64,000 bases of DNA, taken from positions 608,001 to 672,000 of the forward strand of contig OY761611.1 of assembly GCA_963664875.1 (NCBI GenBank). The letters are read 5' to 3'. A program made the position numbers and the translations under genes. The DNA is from Candidatus Kapaibacterium sp. (GTDB taxonomy: Bacteria > Bacteroidota > Ignavibacteria > Kapaibacteriales > UBA2268). This document shows, one piece after another, positions 1 through 11,502 of this stretch; positions within the stretch are counted from its first letter, which is position 1, and each line of letters opens with the position of its first letter. The notes below the pieces were generated by a model. It saw only the letters and a list, made by a program, of their open reading frames with translations, searched no databases and was not told the DNA's origin.

Positions 1-350
1 ACTATAAAGACGGTGAGCAAAAACGTGATTTCGTTTATATCAAAGACGCTGTAGAAGTGATTTGGAATATGTACGAAAAATACACTGATAAAGGCATTTT
101 CAATCTCGGTACCGGCAAATCAAGATCATGGAATGATTTGGCAGAGTCTGTTTTTATGGCAATGAAAAAGGATATTCATATTGAATATGTAAATATGCCG
201 GACAACTTAATCAATCAATATCAGTATTTCACTGAGGCAGATACAAATAAGCTGATGTCTTCCGATTACGCACACAAATTTTTGACATTAGAAGAAAGTA
301 TTGATGACTATGTAAATAATCATCTTGCTTTGGAATTTCCATACTTCTAA
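1..350 (+). CDS. hldD: ADP-L-glycero-D-manno-heptose 6-epimerase, 3' part (5' end outside the window)
   Basis: Frame open from position 3: YKDGEQKRDFVYIKD...GIFNLGTGKSRSWNDLA...YQYFTEAD, the typical HldD/RfaD C-terminus. Confidence 0.88.
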   Translation, partial: YKDGEQKRDFVYIKDAVEVIWNMYEKYTDKGIFNLGTGKSRSWNDLAESVFMAMKKDIHIEYVNMPDNLINQYQYFTEADTNKLMSSDYAHKFLTLEESIDDYVNNHLALEFPYF

Positions 351-371
351 TAATATCATAAGGAATGCCTA

Positions 372-1256
372 ATGGCTACACTAAGAGATATAAAAAGAAG
401 AATTACCGGGGTCAGAAGCACCTCAAAAATTACTTCTGCCATGAAAATGGTTTCTGCAGCCAAACTCAAAAGAGCTCAGAGAGCTATTGAGTCTGCAAGA
501 CCATATTTTTTACAGCTCGAAGATATGATGACTAACGTTATTTCGGGTGTAGCAGAAGATTATAAACATGACTTGATACAAACCCGAGATGAAGTTAAAC
601 ATATTACTGCCATTGTTGTTTCCTCTGATAGAGGACTTTGTGGAAGTTTTAATTCGTCTCTTTACAGATATTCTGAAAACAAGTTACAAGAGATGATTAC
701 CGACGAGTACCCTGATGCAAAAGTTGAAGTGATTGCTGTCGGCAAAAAAAGTAGATCATATTTCAATAAATCAAAATTGAATATGACTGCATCTCATGTT
801 GATTTATTCGCAAACTTGCAATTTCCTGTAGTCAAAGAAATTTTGACTTCTACTGTTGATAATTTTATTTCCGGCAAAACAGACAAAGTTATTGTCTTTT
901 ATAATGAGTTTATCAATGTTGTAAAACAGGATTCTGCTTACAAAGTTATTTTGCCATTGCAGATTAAGGAATCCGAATCCAAAGGTAGCAATGTTGATTA
1001 TATTTTTGAACCGGACAAAGAGAGTCTTTTAGACGAACTTATACCGAAACTTATAGATATACAGCTTTGGAGAGCACTTCTCGAATCACATGCAGCCGAA
1101 CATGCAGCCAGAATGATGGCGATGGACAATGCAACTAACAATGCAAATGATTTGATTAAACATTTGGAACTCGTCTATAATAACGCGAGACAAGCAGCTA
1201 TTACCACTGAAATGCTTGAAATCGTTTCAGGTGCTGAAGCTCTAAGAAATGTTTAG
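372..1256 (+). CDS. atpG: F1 ATP synthase gamma subunit
   Basis: KITSAMKMVSAAK, SDRGLCGSFN, RMMAMDNATNNA, RQAAITTEMLEIVSGA motifs. Confidence 0.97.
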   Translation: MATLRDIKRRITGVRSTSKITSAMKMVSAAKLKRAQRAIESARPYFLQLEDMMTNVISGVAEDYKHDLIQTRDEVKHITAIVVSSDRGLCGSFNSSLYRYSENKLQEMITDEYPDAKVEVIAVGKKSRSYFNKSKLNMTASHVDLFANLQFPVVKEILTSTVDNFISGKTDKVIVFYNEFINVVKQDSAYKVILPLQIKESESKGSNVDYIFEPDKESLLDELIPKLIDIQLWRALLESHAAEHAARMMAMDNATNNANDLIKHLELVYNNARQAAITTEMLEIVSGAEALRNV

Positions 1257-1282
1257 GAAAGTTTGCACTTAGATATATTTTG

Positions 1283-1316
1283 AAGGAGTCGGTAGTCTTA
1301 TCGACTCCTTTTTATT
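1283..1316 (+). terminator. Intrinsic terminator after atpG
   Basis: AAGGAGTCGGTA / TATCGACTCCTT stem followed by T-run. Confidence 0.8.
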
Positions 1317-1479
1317 TGCTTAAAAACACGCCACTTTATCGCATTTCGCGATATAGTAACTTTTTTATAGAATAATAATTTACAGCATAAAAGACTCCTC
1401 TTTTACTTCCATTTTTGCGTTTTTTTTCGTATTTTAGTATGATTTATTAATCTGTTAAATTCATATAGAATATTAGACT

Positions 1480-3993
1480 ATGTCATTACTTGGAAAAGAG
1501 CAAATAGTTCCTACACTGCTCGAACAAGAGATGCAAACATCATATCTGGATTATTCCATGTCGGTGATTGTTTCTCGAGCATTGCCTGATGTCCGCGATG
1601 GTTTAAAGCCGGTACATAGGAGGATATTATTTGCAATGCAGGATATGGGGTTAGCGCCAAACAGACCATATAAAAAGTCTGCAAGATTGGTTGGTGAAGT
1701 GCTAGGTAAATACCACCCTCATGGTGACTCCTCAGTCTATGAAGCAATGGTTCGCATGGCACAACCTTGGAATATGCGCTATCCACTTGTAGATGGACAG
1801 GGTAACTTTGGTTCAATTGACGGTGATTCTCCTGCTGCGATGCGTTATACAGAAACGCGTTTGGCTAAAATTGCACCTCACATGCTCCGAGATATTGAAA
1901 AAAATACTGTTGATTTCCGACCAAACTTCGACGAGTCACTGAGAGAACCTGAGGTTTTACCTTCGATTCTTCCGACTCTTTTGTTAAACGGTGCAAGCGG
2001 TATCGCAGTGGGTATGGCGACTAACATTCCTCCTCATAACCTTAGAGAAACTGTTAGTGCTATCAATGCAGTAATCTCAAATCCTGAAATCACACTTCCT
2101 GAATTAATGAAGCATATACCTGCACCTGATTTCCCGACAGGTGGCTATATCTACGGTTACTCAGGAGTCAAAGATGCTTACGAAACAGGTAGAGGCAGAA
2201 TTGTAATCAGAGCAAAAGCCGGTATAGAAGAAAACAAAAGCGGCAAAAGCTCTATAATTGTTACTGAAATACCATTTCAGGTAAACAAAGCCAACCTGAT
2301 AGAGAAAATTGCTGATTTGGTAAGGCATAAAACTATTGAAGATATTTCTGATATCAGAGATGAATCGGATAAAGACGGTCTTAGAATCGTAATTGAGCTT
2401 AAACGAGATGCTATTCCAAACGTTGTTTTAAACAATCTATATAAACACTCTCAGCTCCAGGTTACATTTGGTGCCAATATGTTGGCTTTGGTAAAAGGAA
2501 GACCTCTTACATTGAGTTTGAGAGAAATTATTGATCATTTTATCGAACATAGAAATGAAGTAGTTGTTCGTAGAACTCAATTTGATTTGGAAGCAGCTCA
2601 AAAAAGAGCTCATATTTTAGAAGGCTTGATAATTGCTTTAGATAACATAGATGAAGTAATTTCTATTATCAGAGGTTCTAAAGATACTCCTACTGCTGCG
2701 GCAAAATTGCAGGAACGATTCGAGCTTTCTGAAATGCAGACTAAAGCAATTCTTGAAATGAGATTGCAACGTCTTACAGGTTTGGAAAGAGATAAAATTG
2801 TTCAGGAGCACAAAGAATTATTACTTACTATCGAAGAGCTTAAAGCAATTTTGGCAAGTAAAGAACTACAGTTAAGTATTATCTCTGATGAACTTACTGA
2901 AATAGCTGAACAATTTGGTGATGAAAGAAGAACTCAGATTATTCATGACTCTAAAGAATTTTCTTTAGAAGACATGATTGCTAACGAAGAAATGATTATC
3001 ACTATTTCCCGTAAAGGCTTTATCAAACGAACTGCTGTCTCTAATTACAGAAGACAAAATAAAGGCGGTAGAGGCTCAAGCGGTGTTTCTACTTATGATG
3101 ATGACTTTGTAGAACACATATTCCAGGCATCTACGCACCACTATCTTCTGTTCTTTACAGATCAGGGTCGCGTTTTCAAAGTAAAAGTCTATGACTTACC
3201 TGAGGGAAGTCGTACTGCTAAAGGCAGATCTATAGCAAATGTAATTGCGAAAAAACCTGACGAAACAGTCGAAGCATATTTGCCAATTCAAGAATTTGAT
3301 GATACATATAATATCATTTTAGCAACAAGAAATGGTACTATCAAAAAGACTTCTCTTTCTCAGTTTGGTAATATTAGACAAACAGGTATTATTGCTATTA
3401 CTCTTGCGGATGACGATAAATTAGTATCTGCTCGCCTTACTGACGGCACTATGGATGTAATCCTTGGCACTAAACATGGTTTAGCCTGCAGATTTAGAGA
3501 GTCTGACGTTAGACCTATGGGAAGAACTGCTGCGGGCGTGCGTGGAATTGCTTTAAGCAGTGATGATGCAGTTGTTTCTCAAATTGTAATCAAACGCCCT
3601 GATCAACAGGTAATCGTAGTATCTGAAAAAGGCTATGGAAAACGTACTAAATACGAAGACTTTAGACTTACAAAACGAGGTGCTAAAGGTGTTATCTCAA
3701 TGAACGTAACTCCTAAAACCGGAAGTGTAGTAAGATTAGTATCTGCTTCAGATTCTGAAGATTTAGTAGTTATGACTACCAGTGGAGTGTTGATTAGACA
3801 GCATGTTGATGGTATTCGTACAATTGGTAGAAACACTCAGGGTGTTAAACTCATCAAACTTGATGAAAACGATGTTATAGCTGATATAACATGCGTTACT
3901 CGAGAAGAAGATAAAGATATTGATGATGACAACAACATAGATGATCAAAACATGGATATGGGTGGCGAAGGAGTACAGGAAACTCTTTTATAA
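1480..3993 (+). CDS. gyrA: DNA gyrase subunit A
   Basis: [29 protein letters not shown] catalytic Tyr, GyrA-box-like QNKGGRG, C-terminal pinwheel repeats and acidic tail. Confidence 0.96.
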   Translation: MSLLGKEQIVPTLLEQEMQTSYLDYSMSVIVSRALPDVRDGLKPVHRRILFAMQDMGLAPNRPYKKSARLVGEVLGKYHPHGDSSVYEAMVRMAQPWNMRYPLVDGQGNFGSIDGDSPAAMRYTETRLAKIAPHMLRDIEKNTVDFRPNFDESLREPEVLPSILPTLLLNGASGIAVGMATNIPPHNLRETVSAINAVISNPEITLPELMKHIPAPDFPTGGYIYGYSGVKDAYETGRGRIVIRAKAGIEENKSGKSSIIVTEIPFQVNKANLIEKIADLVRHKTIEDISDIRDESDKDGLRIVIELKRDAIPNVVLNNLYKHSQLQVTFGANMLALVKGRPLTLSLREIIDHFIEHRNEVVVRRTQFDLEAAQKRAHILEGLIIALDNIDEVISIIRGSKDTPTAAAKLQERFELSEMQTKAILEMRLQRLTGLERDKIVQEHKELLLTIEELKAILASKELQLSIISDELTEIAEQFGDERRTQIIHDSKEFSLEDMIANEEMIITISRKGFIKRTAVSNYRRQNKGGRGSSGVSTYDDDFVEHIFQASTHHYLLFFTDQGRVFKVKVYDLPEGSRTAKGRSIANVIAKKPDETVEAYLPIQEFDDTYNIILATRNGTIKKTSLSQFGNIRQTGIIAITLADDDKLVSARLTDGTMDVILGTKHGLACRFRESDVRPMGRTAAGVRGIALSSDDAVVSQIVIKRPDQQVIVVSEKGYGKRTKYEDFRLTKRGAKGVISMNVTPKTGSVVRLVSASDSEDLVVMTTSGVLIRQHVDGIRTIGRNTQGVKLIKLDENDVIADITCVTREEDKDIDDDNNIDDQNMDMGGEGVQETLL

Positions 3994-4016
3994 CCCTTAT
4001 CTTTAATATTACTAAT

Positions 4017-4054
4017 AATAGAGATGGGAGTAAAATTTCATCTCTATTTTTTTT
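4017..4054 (+). terminator. Intrinsic terminator after gyrA
   Basis: AATAGAGATG / CATCTCTATT stem plus T-run. Confidence 0.8.
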
Positions 4055-4112
4055 ATTTGGACAGATTTTATATATTGGCACTAATATTATTTTAACTATA
4101 CTATATAAAATC

Positions 4113-5213
4113 ATGTTGCCAAACAGTTGGACACTACATCAAATCTTAATGCTTACATATATGAAAGTAGGCAATTATAATACTCTAAAAGAAATTGTAG
4201 AAAGTACTGATTCGCTCACTACATTTTTAGAAGGGAACATAAAGGGTAGTCTTTTACTCAAAATCCAACAAAAAGAACTTTTTCCGAGTTCAGAAATGGA
4301 ACTCCGTAACGAATTAGACCGGCAATTAGAATCTGCTCACAGACTTAATGCCGAGATTATTACTTTGTGGGATTCAAAATACCCTGAGCTTTTAAAATAC
4401 ATTCCATACCCTCCTATTGTCTTGTACGTTGCAGGCACTCTGCAAGACGCAGACAAATTATCCATTGGAGTTGTAGGTACCAGACGATGCACTATGTATG
4501 GCAAACTAATCACAGAGCAGTTCACTGAGCAATTTATTGATTCCGGTTTGATTATCACAAGCGGCTTAGCTTACGGAATTGACACAATTGCCCATAAAGT
4601 AGCAATACGGAAAAAATCGCCCACATACGCAGTAATAGCATCCGGCTTAGACTCTATGACAATGGACTCCCAAAAAAAGATATACAATGAAATTATCGAT
4701 AGTGGGGGTGCAGTAATATGTGATTATAAGTTTGGAGTAAAAGCTCTACCGGCATTTTTTTTACAAAGAAACAGAATAATTAGTGGCATATCAACTGCTA
4801 CAATAGTTATAGAATCTGCCATAAAAGGCGGAGCAATGAAAACAGCACGTTTTGCCTTTGATCAACAACGTGATGTTTACGCTGTGCCCGGAAATATCAA
4901 TTCAGAAAAATCTCAAGGTACAAACTTTCTTATTAAAGAAAGTATTGCCGCACCGGCTCTCTCTCCCACTCAAGTGCTAAAAGAAATAGGAATTGTAGAT
5001 GTCAAAGATGACAGCAAACAGGCAAAAATTGAATTTTCGGACGCAGAAGAAAAAATAATCTACGATTGCTTATCTCATGAGCCATTACATATCGACTTGA
5101 TTTCTGAGCAGACAGGACTTGATATTTCGCAACTTTTAGTTAAATTGTTAAACTTAGAATTCCAAAATAAAGTAAAACAATTACCAGGTAAACACTATAT
5201 TCGGACTTTATAG
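4113..5213 (+). CDS. dprA: DNA-processing protein DprA (Smf)
   Basis: VVGTR, SGLAYGIDT.AH, RNRIISG, VYAVPG motifs, C-terminal winged helix. Confidence 0.93.
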   Translation: MLPNSWTLHQILMLTYMKVGNYNTLKEIVESTDSLTTFLEGNIKGSLLLKIQQKELFPSSEMELRNELDRQLESAHRLNAEIITLWDSKYPELLKYIPYPPIVLYVAGTLQDADKLSIGVVGTRRCTMYGKLITEQFTEQFIDSGLIITSGLAYGIDTIAHKVAIRKKSPTYAVIASGLDSMTMDSQKKIYNEIIDSGGAVICDYKFGVKALPAFFLQRNRIISGISTATIVIESAIKGGAMKTARFAFDQQRDVYAVPGNINSEKSQGTNFLIKESIAAPALSPTQVLKEIGIVDVKDDSKQAKIEFSDAEEKIIYDCLSHEPLHIDLISEQTGLDISQLLVKLLNLEFQNKVKQLPGKHYIRTL

Positions 5214-5215
5214 AA

Positions 5216-6202
5216 ATGAAAAACATGAAAGAAAGATACACTCAATTTGTGCAGCTTGTTGAAGACAGACTCCATAACTTAGTCAAAGATAAAGAACCAA
5301 AAGTACTTTACGAACCATTCCACTATCTGATCACCGGAGGCGGTAAACGCATCAGACCTGTTTTATCTATGCTTGCTTGTGGTGCTGTATCGGGTAAACC
5401 TGAGTTAGCATTAGATTGTGGTGTTGCTATAGAAGTAATGCACAATTTTACTCTTGCACATGATGATATTATGGATAGATCACCTATGAGACGTGGCAGG
5501 GAAACTGTACACGTCAAATGGAACGACGCTACTGCTATTCTTACCGGTGATGTAATGATGGGCTGGGGATATAGATTATTACCAAATTCCACTGAAAGCT
5601 CAAATTCTGATAAAATATTAGCATCTTATACCAGAGCTTTAATTGATGTTTGCGAAGGGCAGGCATTTGATGTTGAATTTAACGAAAATCAAAACACAAC
5701 AGTAGATGACTACTTCCAAATGATAGAATTGAAAACTTCAAGGCTTTTGGAATGCTCTGCTGAAATGGGTGCCTACGTTGGCGGTGCTTCTGAAGAAGAA
5801 GTCAAAGCTCTTAATCTTTATGCAAAATATCTGGGCTATGCTTTTCAACTTCAAGACGATTTATTGGATATTGTAGCAGATGAAGCAGAATTTGGCAAGA
5901 CTGTAGGACTTGACATACAGGAAGGCAAGAAAACATATATGATATTATATGCCAAAGAGCACACTCTAACGCATTTTGACAGAGAACTACTTGATAAATT
6001 TTTTGCTCAAAACGGACTCCCTAAAGAATACGTGAATGATATGAAATATCTGTTAGAAAGGACAGGTGCTATTGAGTCTGCAGAAGTGCAAATTAACTCA
6101 TTTTTTAACAAAGCCAAAGAAGAATTAAACAAGCTAAATCCTTCTGAATACAGAGATATGCTTGATTGGCTCATAGATTCTCTACACTCCCGAAAAAAAT
6201 AA
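5216..6202 (+). CDS. Polyprenyl diphosphate synthase (probably short-chain/GGPP type)
   Basis: GGKRIRP, FARM HDDIMD preceded by NFTLA (bulky Phe upstream of the FARM), SARM QDDLLD. Confidence 0.9.
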   Translation: MKNMKERYTQFVQLVEDRLHNLVKDKEPKVLYEPFHYLITGGGKRIRPVLSMLACGAVSGKPELALDCGVAIEVMHNFTLAHDDIMDRSPMRRGRETVHVKWNDATAILTGDVMMGWGYRLLPNSTESSNSDKILASYTRALIDVCEGQAFDVEFNENQNTTVDDYFQMIELKTSRLLECSAEMGAYVGGASEEEVKALNLYAKYLGYAFQLQDDLLDIVADEAEFGKTVGLDIQEGKKTYMILYAKEHTLTHFDRELLDKFFAQNGLPKEYVNDMKYLLERTGAIESAEVQINSFFNKAKEELNKLNPSEYRDMLDWLIDSLHSRKK

Positions 6203-6223
6203 GTTAATACTCTAAATACTTTT

Positions 6224-6257
6224 AGCTCTGAAACGTTATGTTTACAGAGCTTTTTTT
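6224..6257 (+). terminator. Intrinsic terminator
   Basis: AGCTCTG-AAAC / GTTT-A-CAGAGCT stem plus T-run. Confidence 0.7.
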
Positions 6258-6344
6258 ATTAGGTAAATCTAACAAATAGATATTCTACTTAACACAAAAA
6301 ATATTTAGTTTACTAATTTTATGATTAGATTCCACTAAATATAT

Positions 6345-6352
6345 TATATTTG
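6345..6352 (+). promoter_or_regulatory. Putative Bacteroidota-type -7 promoter element of pckA
   Basis: TATATTTG matches TAnnTTTG, about 45 nt upstream of the start codon; similar elements recur upstream of other genes. Confidence 0.45.
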
Positions 6353-6395
6353 CAATCTAAATTTTGATTTTATTTTTATATCACACTGGTGGGAA

Positions 6396-8003
6396 ATGAA
6401 AACCTTAGAAAACAAAACCATAATCGATCCTAAATTGGAATATTTAGGCCTAAGGAATCTTAAAAAAGTACATTGGAACAACACTACTGCAACTCTTTAT
6501 GAGCATGCAATCGAAAATAAAGAAGCTGCGATTTCTCATTTGGGACCTCTCGTAGTTTCAACAGGGAAAATTACAGGTCGTTCTCCTAACGACAAATTCA
6601 TTGTAAAGGACGAAACTACTGAAAATACTATTGATTGGGGCAATGTAAACAGACCATTTGAAGAAGATAAATTCGAGCAAATGTTTGAAAGGGTAAAAGC
6701 TTTCCTACAAACAAGAGAAATCTATGTTCAGGATGCTTTTGCAGGTGCTGACGAAAGTGTAGCTGTGCCTGTTAGAATTATAACTCAGTATGCTTGGCAA
6801 TCTTTATTTGCAAGAAATATGTTTGTTCGCATCAGAGAGCAAGAAAAGTTAGATAACTTCACTCCTGAATTTACTGTTATTGACGTTCCTGACTTTTTAG
6901 GTTGCCCTACAGTTGACGGCATCAATTCTGAGACTTTCATTTTAGTAAACTTCAAAAAAAGAGTTATCTTGATTGGTGGTACTCACTACGCCGGCGAAAT
7001 CAAAAAATCAATTTTCTCTATTCTCAATTACCTTTATCCTCAAAATGGCATTCTCGGAATGCACTGCTCTGCAAACAGAGGTAAAGATGGCGATACTGCT
7101 TTGCTTTTTGGTTTATCCGGTACAGGTAAAACTACTCTATCAGCGGATCCAAATCGTGCACTTATCGGCGATGACGAACACGGCTGGGACGATAAAGGTA
7201 TCTTCAACTTTGAAGGCGGCTGCTATGCAAAAGTAATCAATCTTTCTCGCGAAGCAGAACCTGAAATTTGGAGCACAACCCGCAGATTTGGTACTATCTT
7301 AGAAAATGTTGTAATGGACGAACACATCAGAAGAGTTGACTTAGATGACGCTACTCTTACTGAAAACACCCGTGCATCATACCCAATTACTCATTTGGAC
7401 AACATCGTACCTGAAAGTGCAGGTGGACATCCTAAAAACATCATATTCCTTACAGCAGATGCTTTTGGTGTTTTACCGCCAATATCAAAACTTTCTGCGG
7501 AACAGGCAATGTACCAATTCCTATTAGGATATACAGCTAAAGTTGCAGGGACTGAAAAAGGTATTACAGAACCACAAGCTACTTTCTCTACGTGCTTTGG
7601 TGCTCCATTTATGCCATTGCACCCAAGTAAGTATGCTGAGATGTTAGGCGAAAAAATTGCCAAACATAATGTTAAATGCTGGTTAGTCAATACAGGCTGG
7701 ACAGGTGGACCTTACGGAGTAGGTAATAGGATATCTATCAAATATACTCGTGCATTACTCAATGCTGCCTTAGAAGGCAAATTGGATAATGTTGAGTACA
7801 GAATAGATCCAATCTTCAATTTATCAGTTCCAACTGTATGCGAAGGTGTGCCTTCTGAAATTTTGGATCCTAAAAATACTTGGGAAGATAAAGCAGCTTA
7901 TGATAATACTGCGAAATCTACTGCAAAGAAATTTGTTGAAAACTTCAAAAAATACGAAGCTTATGTAACTGAAGATGTTATCAAATCAGGTCCTCAGGCT
8001 TAA
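6396..8003 (+). CDS. pckA: Phosphoenolpyruvate carboxykinase (ATP)
   Basis: TGRSP.DKF, YAGEIKK, GLSGTGKTTLS, LIGDDEHGW, NFEGGCYAK, ENTRASYP. Confidence 0.97.
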   Translation: MKTLENKTIIDPKLEYLGLRNLKKVHWNNTTATLYEHAIENKEAAISHLGPLVVSTGKITGRSPNDKFIVKDETTENTIDWGNVNRPFEEDKFEQMFERVKAFLQTREIYVQDAFAGADESVAVPVRIITQYAWQSLFARNMFVRIREQEKLDNFTPEFTVIDVPDFLGCPTVDGINSETFILVNFKKRVILIGGTHYAGEIKKSIFSILNYLYPQNGILGMHCSANRGKDGDTALLFGLSGTGKTTLSADPNRALIGDDEHGWDDKGIFNFEGGCYAKVINLSREAEPEIWSTTRRFGTILENVVMDEHIRRVDLDDATLTENTRASYPITHLDNIVPESAGGHPKNIIFLTADAFGVLPPISKLSAEQAMYQFLLGYTAKVAGTEKGITEPQATFSTCFGAPFMPLHPSKYAEMLGEKIAKHNVKCWLVNTGWTGGPYGVGNRISIKYTRALLNAALEGKLDNVEYRIDPIFNLSVPTVCEGVPSEILDPKNTWEDKAAYDNTAKSTAKKFVENFKKYEAYVTEDVIKSGPQA

Positions 8004-8033
8004 GTATATTTAAAGTGTTAAATTCTAAAATAT

Positions 8034-8060
8034 AGGTCGGCATTTTGCTGACCTTTTTTT
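8034..8060 (+). terminator. Intrinsic terminator after pckA
   Basis: AGGTCGGC / GCTGACCT stem plus T-run. Confidence 0.75.
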
Positions 8061-8093
8061 ATTTTGTATTGAATTATTAAAAGGATTATTTCA

Positions 8094-11000
8094 ATGCAAA
8101 ATATATTTCACAACAAAGCATTTGACCTCAATAATATTTTTATCAATTTTAGAAATTATTTGAATGAATGGGTAAATGCCGAAAATAATGACAGAAGAAT
8201 TTTAGTTGTGCCGACTGCCAAGTATGCACGTCATCTTAGGCAATCCTATATCAGAAATTATTATAAGAAACATAATGCCCCTTGTTCGACTGTCAATATT
8301 ATCAATTTTGACAATTTTATCAAACTCCTCTACGAAAGAATTGATACTACTGCAGAAAAAATCATAATTTCTGAATCTTATAGATTTTTACTTTTTGAAA
8401 GAGCAATTAAGCAGTCAAACAGTAAATATTTTAAACAACATAATGGCAATGTCAAACTCTCAGTCGCTAAAAAGGTAGATTCTCTTATATCAGGTCTAAA
8501 AAAGAAGGGTATCAGTCCCGAACAAATACAAAAAGATTTAACTACCCCTGACCTTTCAGGGGGAGAAATCAATAATCTAAATAAATACAGAGATATTTAC
8601 GAAATTTACAACAACTACCAAAAACTACTTGGCGAAAACTTGTTAGATGAAGTTGATATCCTCAAATTTATTATCAATTCTGTTGAAACTTCGGATAGCT
8701 CACTTGATATTTTTGATCCTTTAGATTTTAAGATAAAATCTGACAACAGATTAGATAAATACCTTGGAGACATAGAAGAAATCGTATTCTATGGTTTTTC
8801 TGATTTCACAATACCTGAGCTTAGATTGCTCTCTTTATTTTCTCAATCAAATAACACTCAAATTGCCCTGTATTTAGAAAATATAGAAACAGAAAGCTAT
8901 GATGCCAATACAAATTTATCAACACGCTTATTACAACTTGGATTTATAAGGTATGCTCAGTCAGATCTTTTTGAAGAAGACCCTTTGAATAAACACCTAA
9001 AATCAAATCTATTTCAAAAGCACAAGTCTAAACATCTAGTTGACACAAGTGCAATCCCTTTTTATCTGCATCCAACAGAAAATTCAGAAAATGAGATTGA
9101 AGATGTTAGCAAGTTTGTCAGTTATCTTATTCGAGTTGAAAATATTAAGCCACAAGATATTGCTGTTGTCCATAGAGAAGCTGGCACTAATACAAAATAC
9201 TTCAGGGATAGTTTCGCACGTTACCGAATCCCTTTGAATATTACAGATAGACAAGATTTGCAAACATCAACCATTGTTACAACTCTAATCAATATATATG
9301 AAACAGTTTTGTACGGTTACAAACTAAAAAATCTCGAAAAAGTCTTTGCTTCGTACTATATGCAAAATTTGGATATAGATTTCTCTATCATCAGAAAATA
9401 TGCAAATAGACTAAAAATATCCGGTGGGAATGATAGAGGAAAAATTGAAGGTTGGTTCAAACGTTTTGAAAGTTACTTATCATTTTTGAATCAAAAGATT
9501 CAGGATGATACCTTTTTTGTTGATGATTTAGAAAAGATGAGTTATGCAAATGAAGTAGAAGAAATCAAGAAATCAATTGCTGCACTTTCTCAAATTCAAG
9601 ATTTATTTCCTAATCTTCCCAAAAAAATGACCATTGCAGATTTTGTAAATAAACTGCTTGAAACAACTGAATTGGTAAATTTTGAGAATAGAATACTCGA
9701 AGACAATAAAAAAATTCAGAGCTCGAAATTCGAAACTAAGCATCTAAAAGAGTCAATTCAGGACAGCATTGAGAAAGACGGAAAAGCGTATAACGCTCTG
9801 CTGATACTACTGAATGAATTATCATCTATAAATTATGACAATACTGAATTTTACGATACCCTTGAATTGCTTGATATGTTTAGAATTCTTTGTTCTGGTA
9901 CTAAGTATCAGATTAGAGAAAAGGAACAATATGGAGTAACATTGACTTCAATCGAACAAACAAGAGGGCTTCCATATAAGTATGTAATCATGTGCAGTGC
10001 CTGCGAAGGGAAATTTCCACTTGCATTCAAAACCAATAAACTGTTGGGCAAAGACTTGCCGGAATCATCTAAACAACATATACGAGAAGAAAGAAATTTG
10101 CTCTACTCATTACTTACAGGCAATCTATCAGATGGTTTTAGTAAAGGCAGGAAAGTTGTAATCTCCTATGCAGCGAAAGATGAAAATAATGAGTTTTCAA
10201 GAACTCATTTTATCGATGAATTGCTAAATGCAATACCTATTGATGATGAGACTTCTATATTGCTTACCAAGTATTATGATTTTGCTGACCACGTTCCTAA
10301 ATTTGGTAAAGATTCGAAATACCACTACGTTGCAAAAGAGGAAGTTTATATTGATTTCGAGAATGATTTAGATTACGCAAAAAGATTTAGTAAGCCTTTT
10401 GCACCTACTCAGTTCGAAAGATATACTGATTGTCCATTCAGATTTATGTTGACATCGGTACTAATGATTCCGGATAATCAAAGTGAAGATCTGATGCTCA
10501 CACCTTTGGAAAAAGGATCTTTGCTACATAAGATATTATATAAATTTTATGACAATCTGAAAACCCTTGGAATTGGAATAGAAAATGTAGCTCAGAAGAA
10601 AGACGGACAAATGCTTAAAGGTATAAGGTTATTAAGAGCAAAAGAAACATTTTATAGTGAGTTACTAAACACGATTGCGAACGAGGAAATCGAAAAATAT
10701 ACCTATGACCATCCCCTCTTTATGGTAGAACACGGAAAAATATTCGGCACAGGCGAAGGAGATGGAATGTTAGATTTGTGGCTTTCTAACGAGATAAAAC
10801 TCTACGAAACCTATCAAGACAGATTCTCTGTATTTTTCGAGTTACCTTTTGGGGAGCCAAACAATACTCCAGTCGCTCTTAACGAAAGCGTTTATATCAG
10901 AGGAAAGATTGATAGAATCGAAATTGATAAACATCACAATGGTTTTGTAGTTGCAGACTATAAAACTAAAGCTAAAAATCAGAATAATGACAGTATCGAA

Positions 11001-11384
11001 TCATTCACAAGGTTTCAAATGCCTTTGTATTCTTATGCAATATCCATCATTTTTGAAGGGCTATTGGATTCAAAACTTCAACACTTATTTGGTGTCTATT
11101 ATTCCCTCACACCGGAAGATCAATGGACAAAATACAATTTATACTCACAAGAGACATACAAAGCCTATTTCAACTCCAGAGCGAACCATCGAGAAACTAA
11201 GACGCAGGAAGAACTTATTGAAAGAATTGACGGCTATATTCACGAAGCAGTTAACATCGCTAATTTGATTAGGAAAGGCTGCTATCCTATTACACCAAAT
11301 ATTAAACATAGTTACTGTTCTAATTGCAGTTATAAACAGGTTTGCAGAATCTCAAAATTCAAATACATAGAGAAGGAAGATTAA
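8094..11384 (+). CDS. addB: AddB/RexB-like protein: inactive helicase scaffold plus C-terminal PD-(D/E)XK nuclease with Fe-S staple
   Basis: LVVPT, DIAVVHR helicase-like remnants; CPF, G.LLH, E.PF, IRGKIDRIE, DYKT, QMPLY, CSNCSYKQVC. Confidence 0.75.
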   Translation: MQNIFHNKAFDLNNIFINFRNYLNEWVNAENNDRRILVVPTAKYARHLRQSYIRNYYKKHNAPCSTVNIINFDNFIKLLYERIDTTAEKIIISESYRFLLFERAIKQSNSKYFKQHNGNVKLSVAKKVDSLISGLKKKGISPEQIQKDLTTPDLSGGEINNLNKYRDIYEIYNNYQKLLGENLLDEVDILKFIINSVETSDSSLDIFDPLDFKIKSDNRLDKYLGDIEEIVFYGFSDFTIPELRLLSLFSQSNNTQIALYLENIETESYDANTNLSTRLLQLGFIRYAQSDLFEEDPLNKHLKSNLFQKHKSKHLVDTSAIPFYLHPTENSENEIEDVSKFVSYLIRVENIKPQDIAVVHREAGTNTKYFRDSFARYRIPLNITDRQDLQTSTIVTTLINIYETVLYGYKLKNLEKVFASYYMQNLDIDFSIIRKYANRLKISGGNDRGKIEGWFKRFESYLSFLNQKIQDDTFFVDDLEKMSYANEVEEIKKSIAALSQIQDLFPNLPKKMTIADFVNKLLETTELVNFENRILEDNKKIQSSKFETKHLKESIQDSIEKDGKAYNALLILLNELSSINYDNTEFYDTLELLDMFRILCSGTKYQIREKEQYGVTLTSIEQTRGLPYKYVIMCSACEGKFPLAFKTNKLLGKDLPESSKQHIREERNLLYSLLTGNLSDGFSKGRKVVISYAAKDENNEFSRTHFIDELLNAIPIDDETSILLTKYYDFADHVPKFGKDSKYHYVAKEEVYIDFENDLDYAKRFSKPFAPTQFERYTDCPFRFMLTSVLMIPDNQSEDLMLTPLEKGSLLHKILYKFYDNLKTLGIGIENVAQKKDGQMLKGIRLLRAKETFYSELLNTIANEEIEKYTYDHPLFMVEHGKIFGTGEGDGMLDLWLSNEIKLYETYQDRFSVFFELPFGEPNNTPVALNESVYIRGKIDRIEIDKHHNGFVVADYKTKAKNQNNDSIESFTRFQMPLYSYAISIIFEGLLDSKLQHLFGVYYSLTPEDQWTKYNLYSQETYKAYFNSRANHRETKTQEELIERIDGYIHEAVNIANLIRKGCYPITPNIKHSYCSNCSYKQVCRISKFKYIEKED

Positions 11385-11502
11385 ATTTATTCATATTAGC
11401 TACAACTAAACATAATTTACATTATGATTGTTTGCAAAAACTAATAGATTAATATTTATCATAATATTTTCTGTATATTATGTGTTGTTGTACTCTATCA
11501 TA

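Noticed and set aside
8094-11384. Cas4-like or defence nuclease
   Set aside because: Length and helicase-like N-terminus fit AddB; no cas genes, array or defence neighbours.
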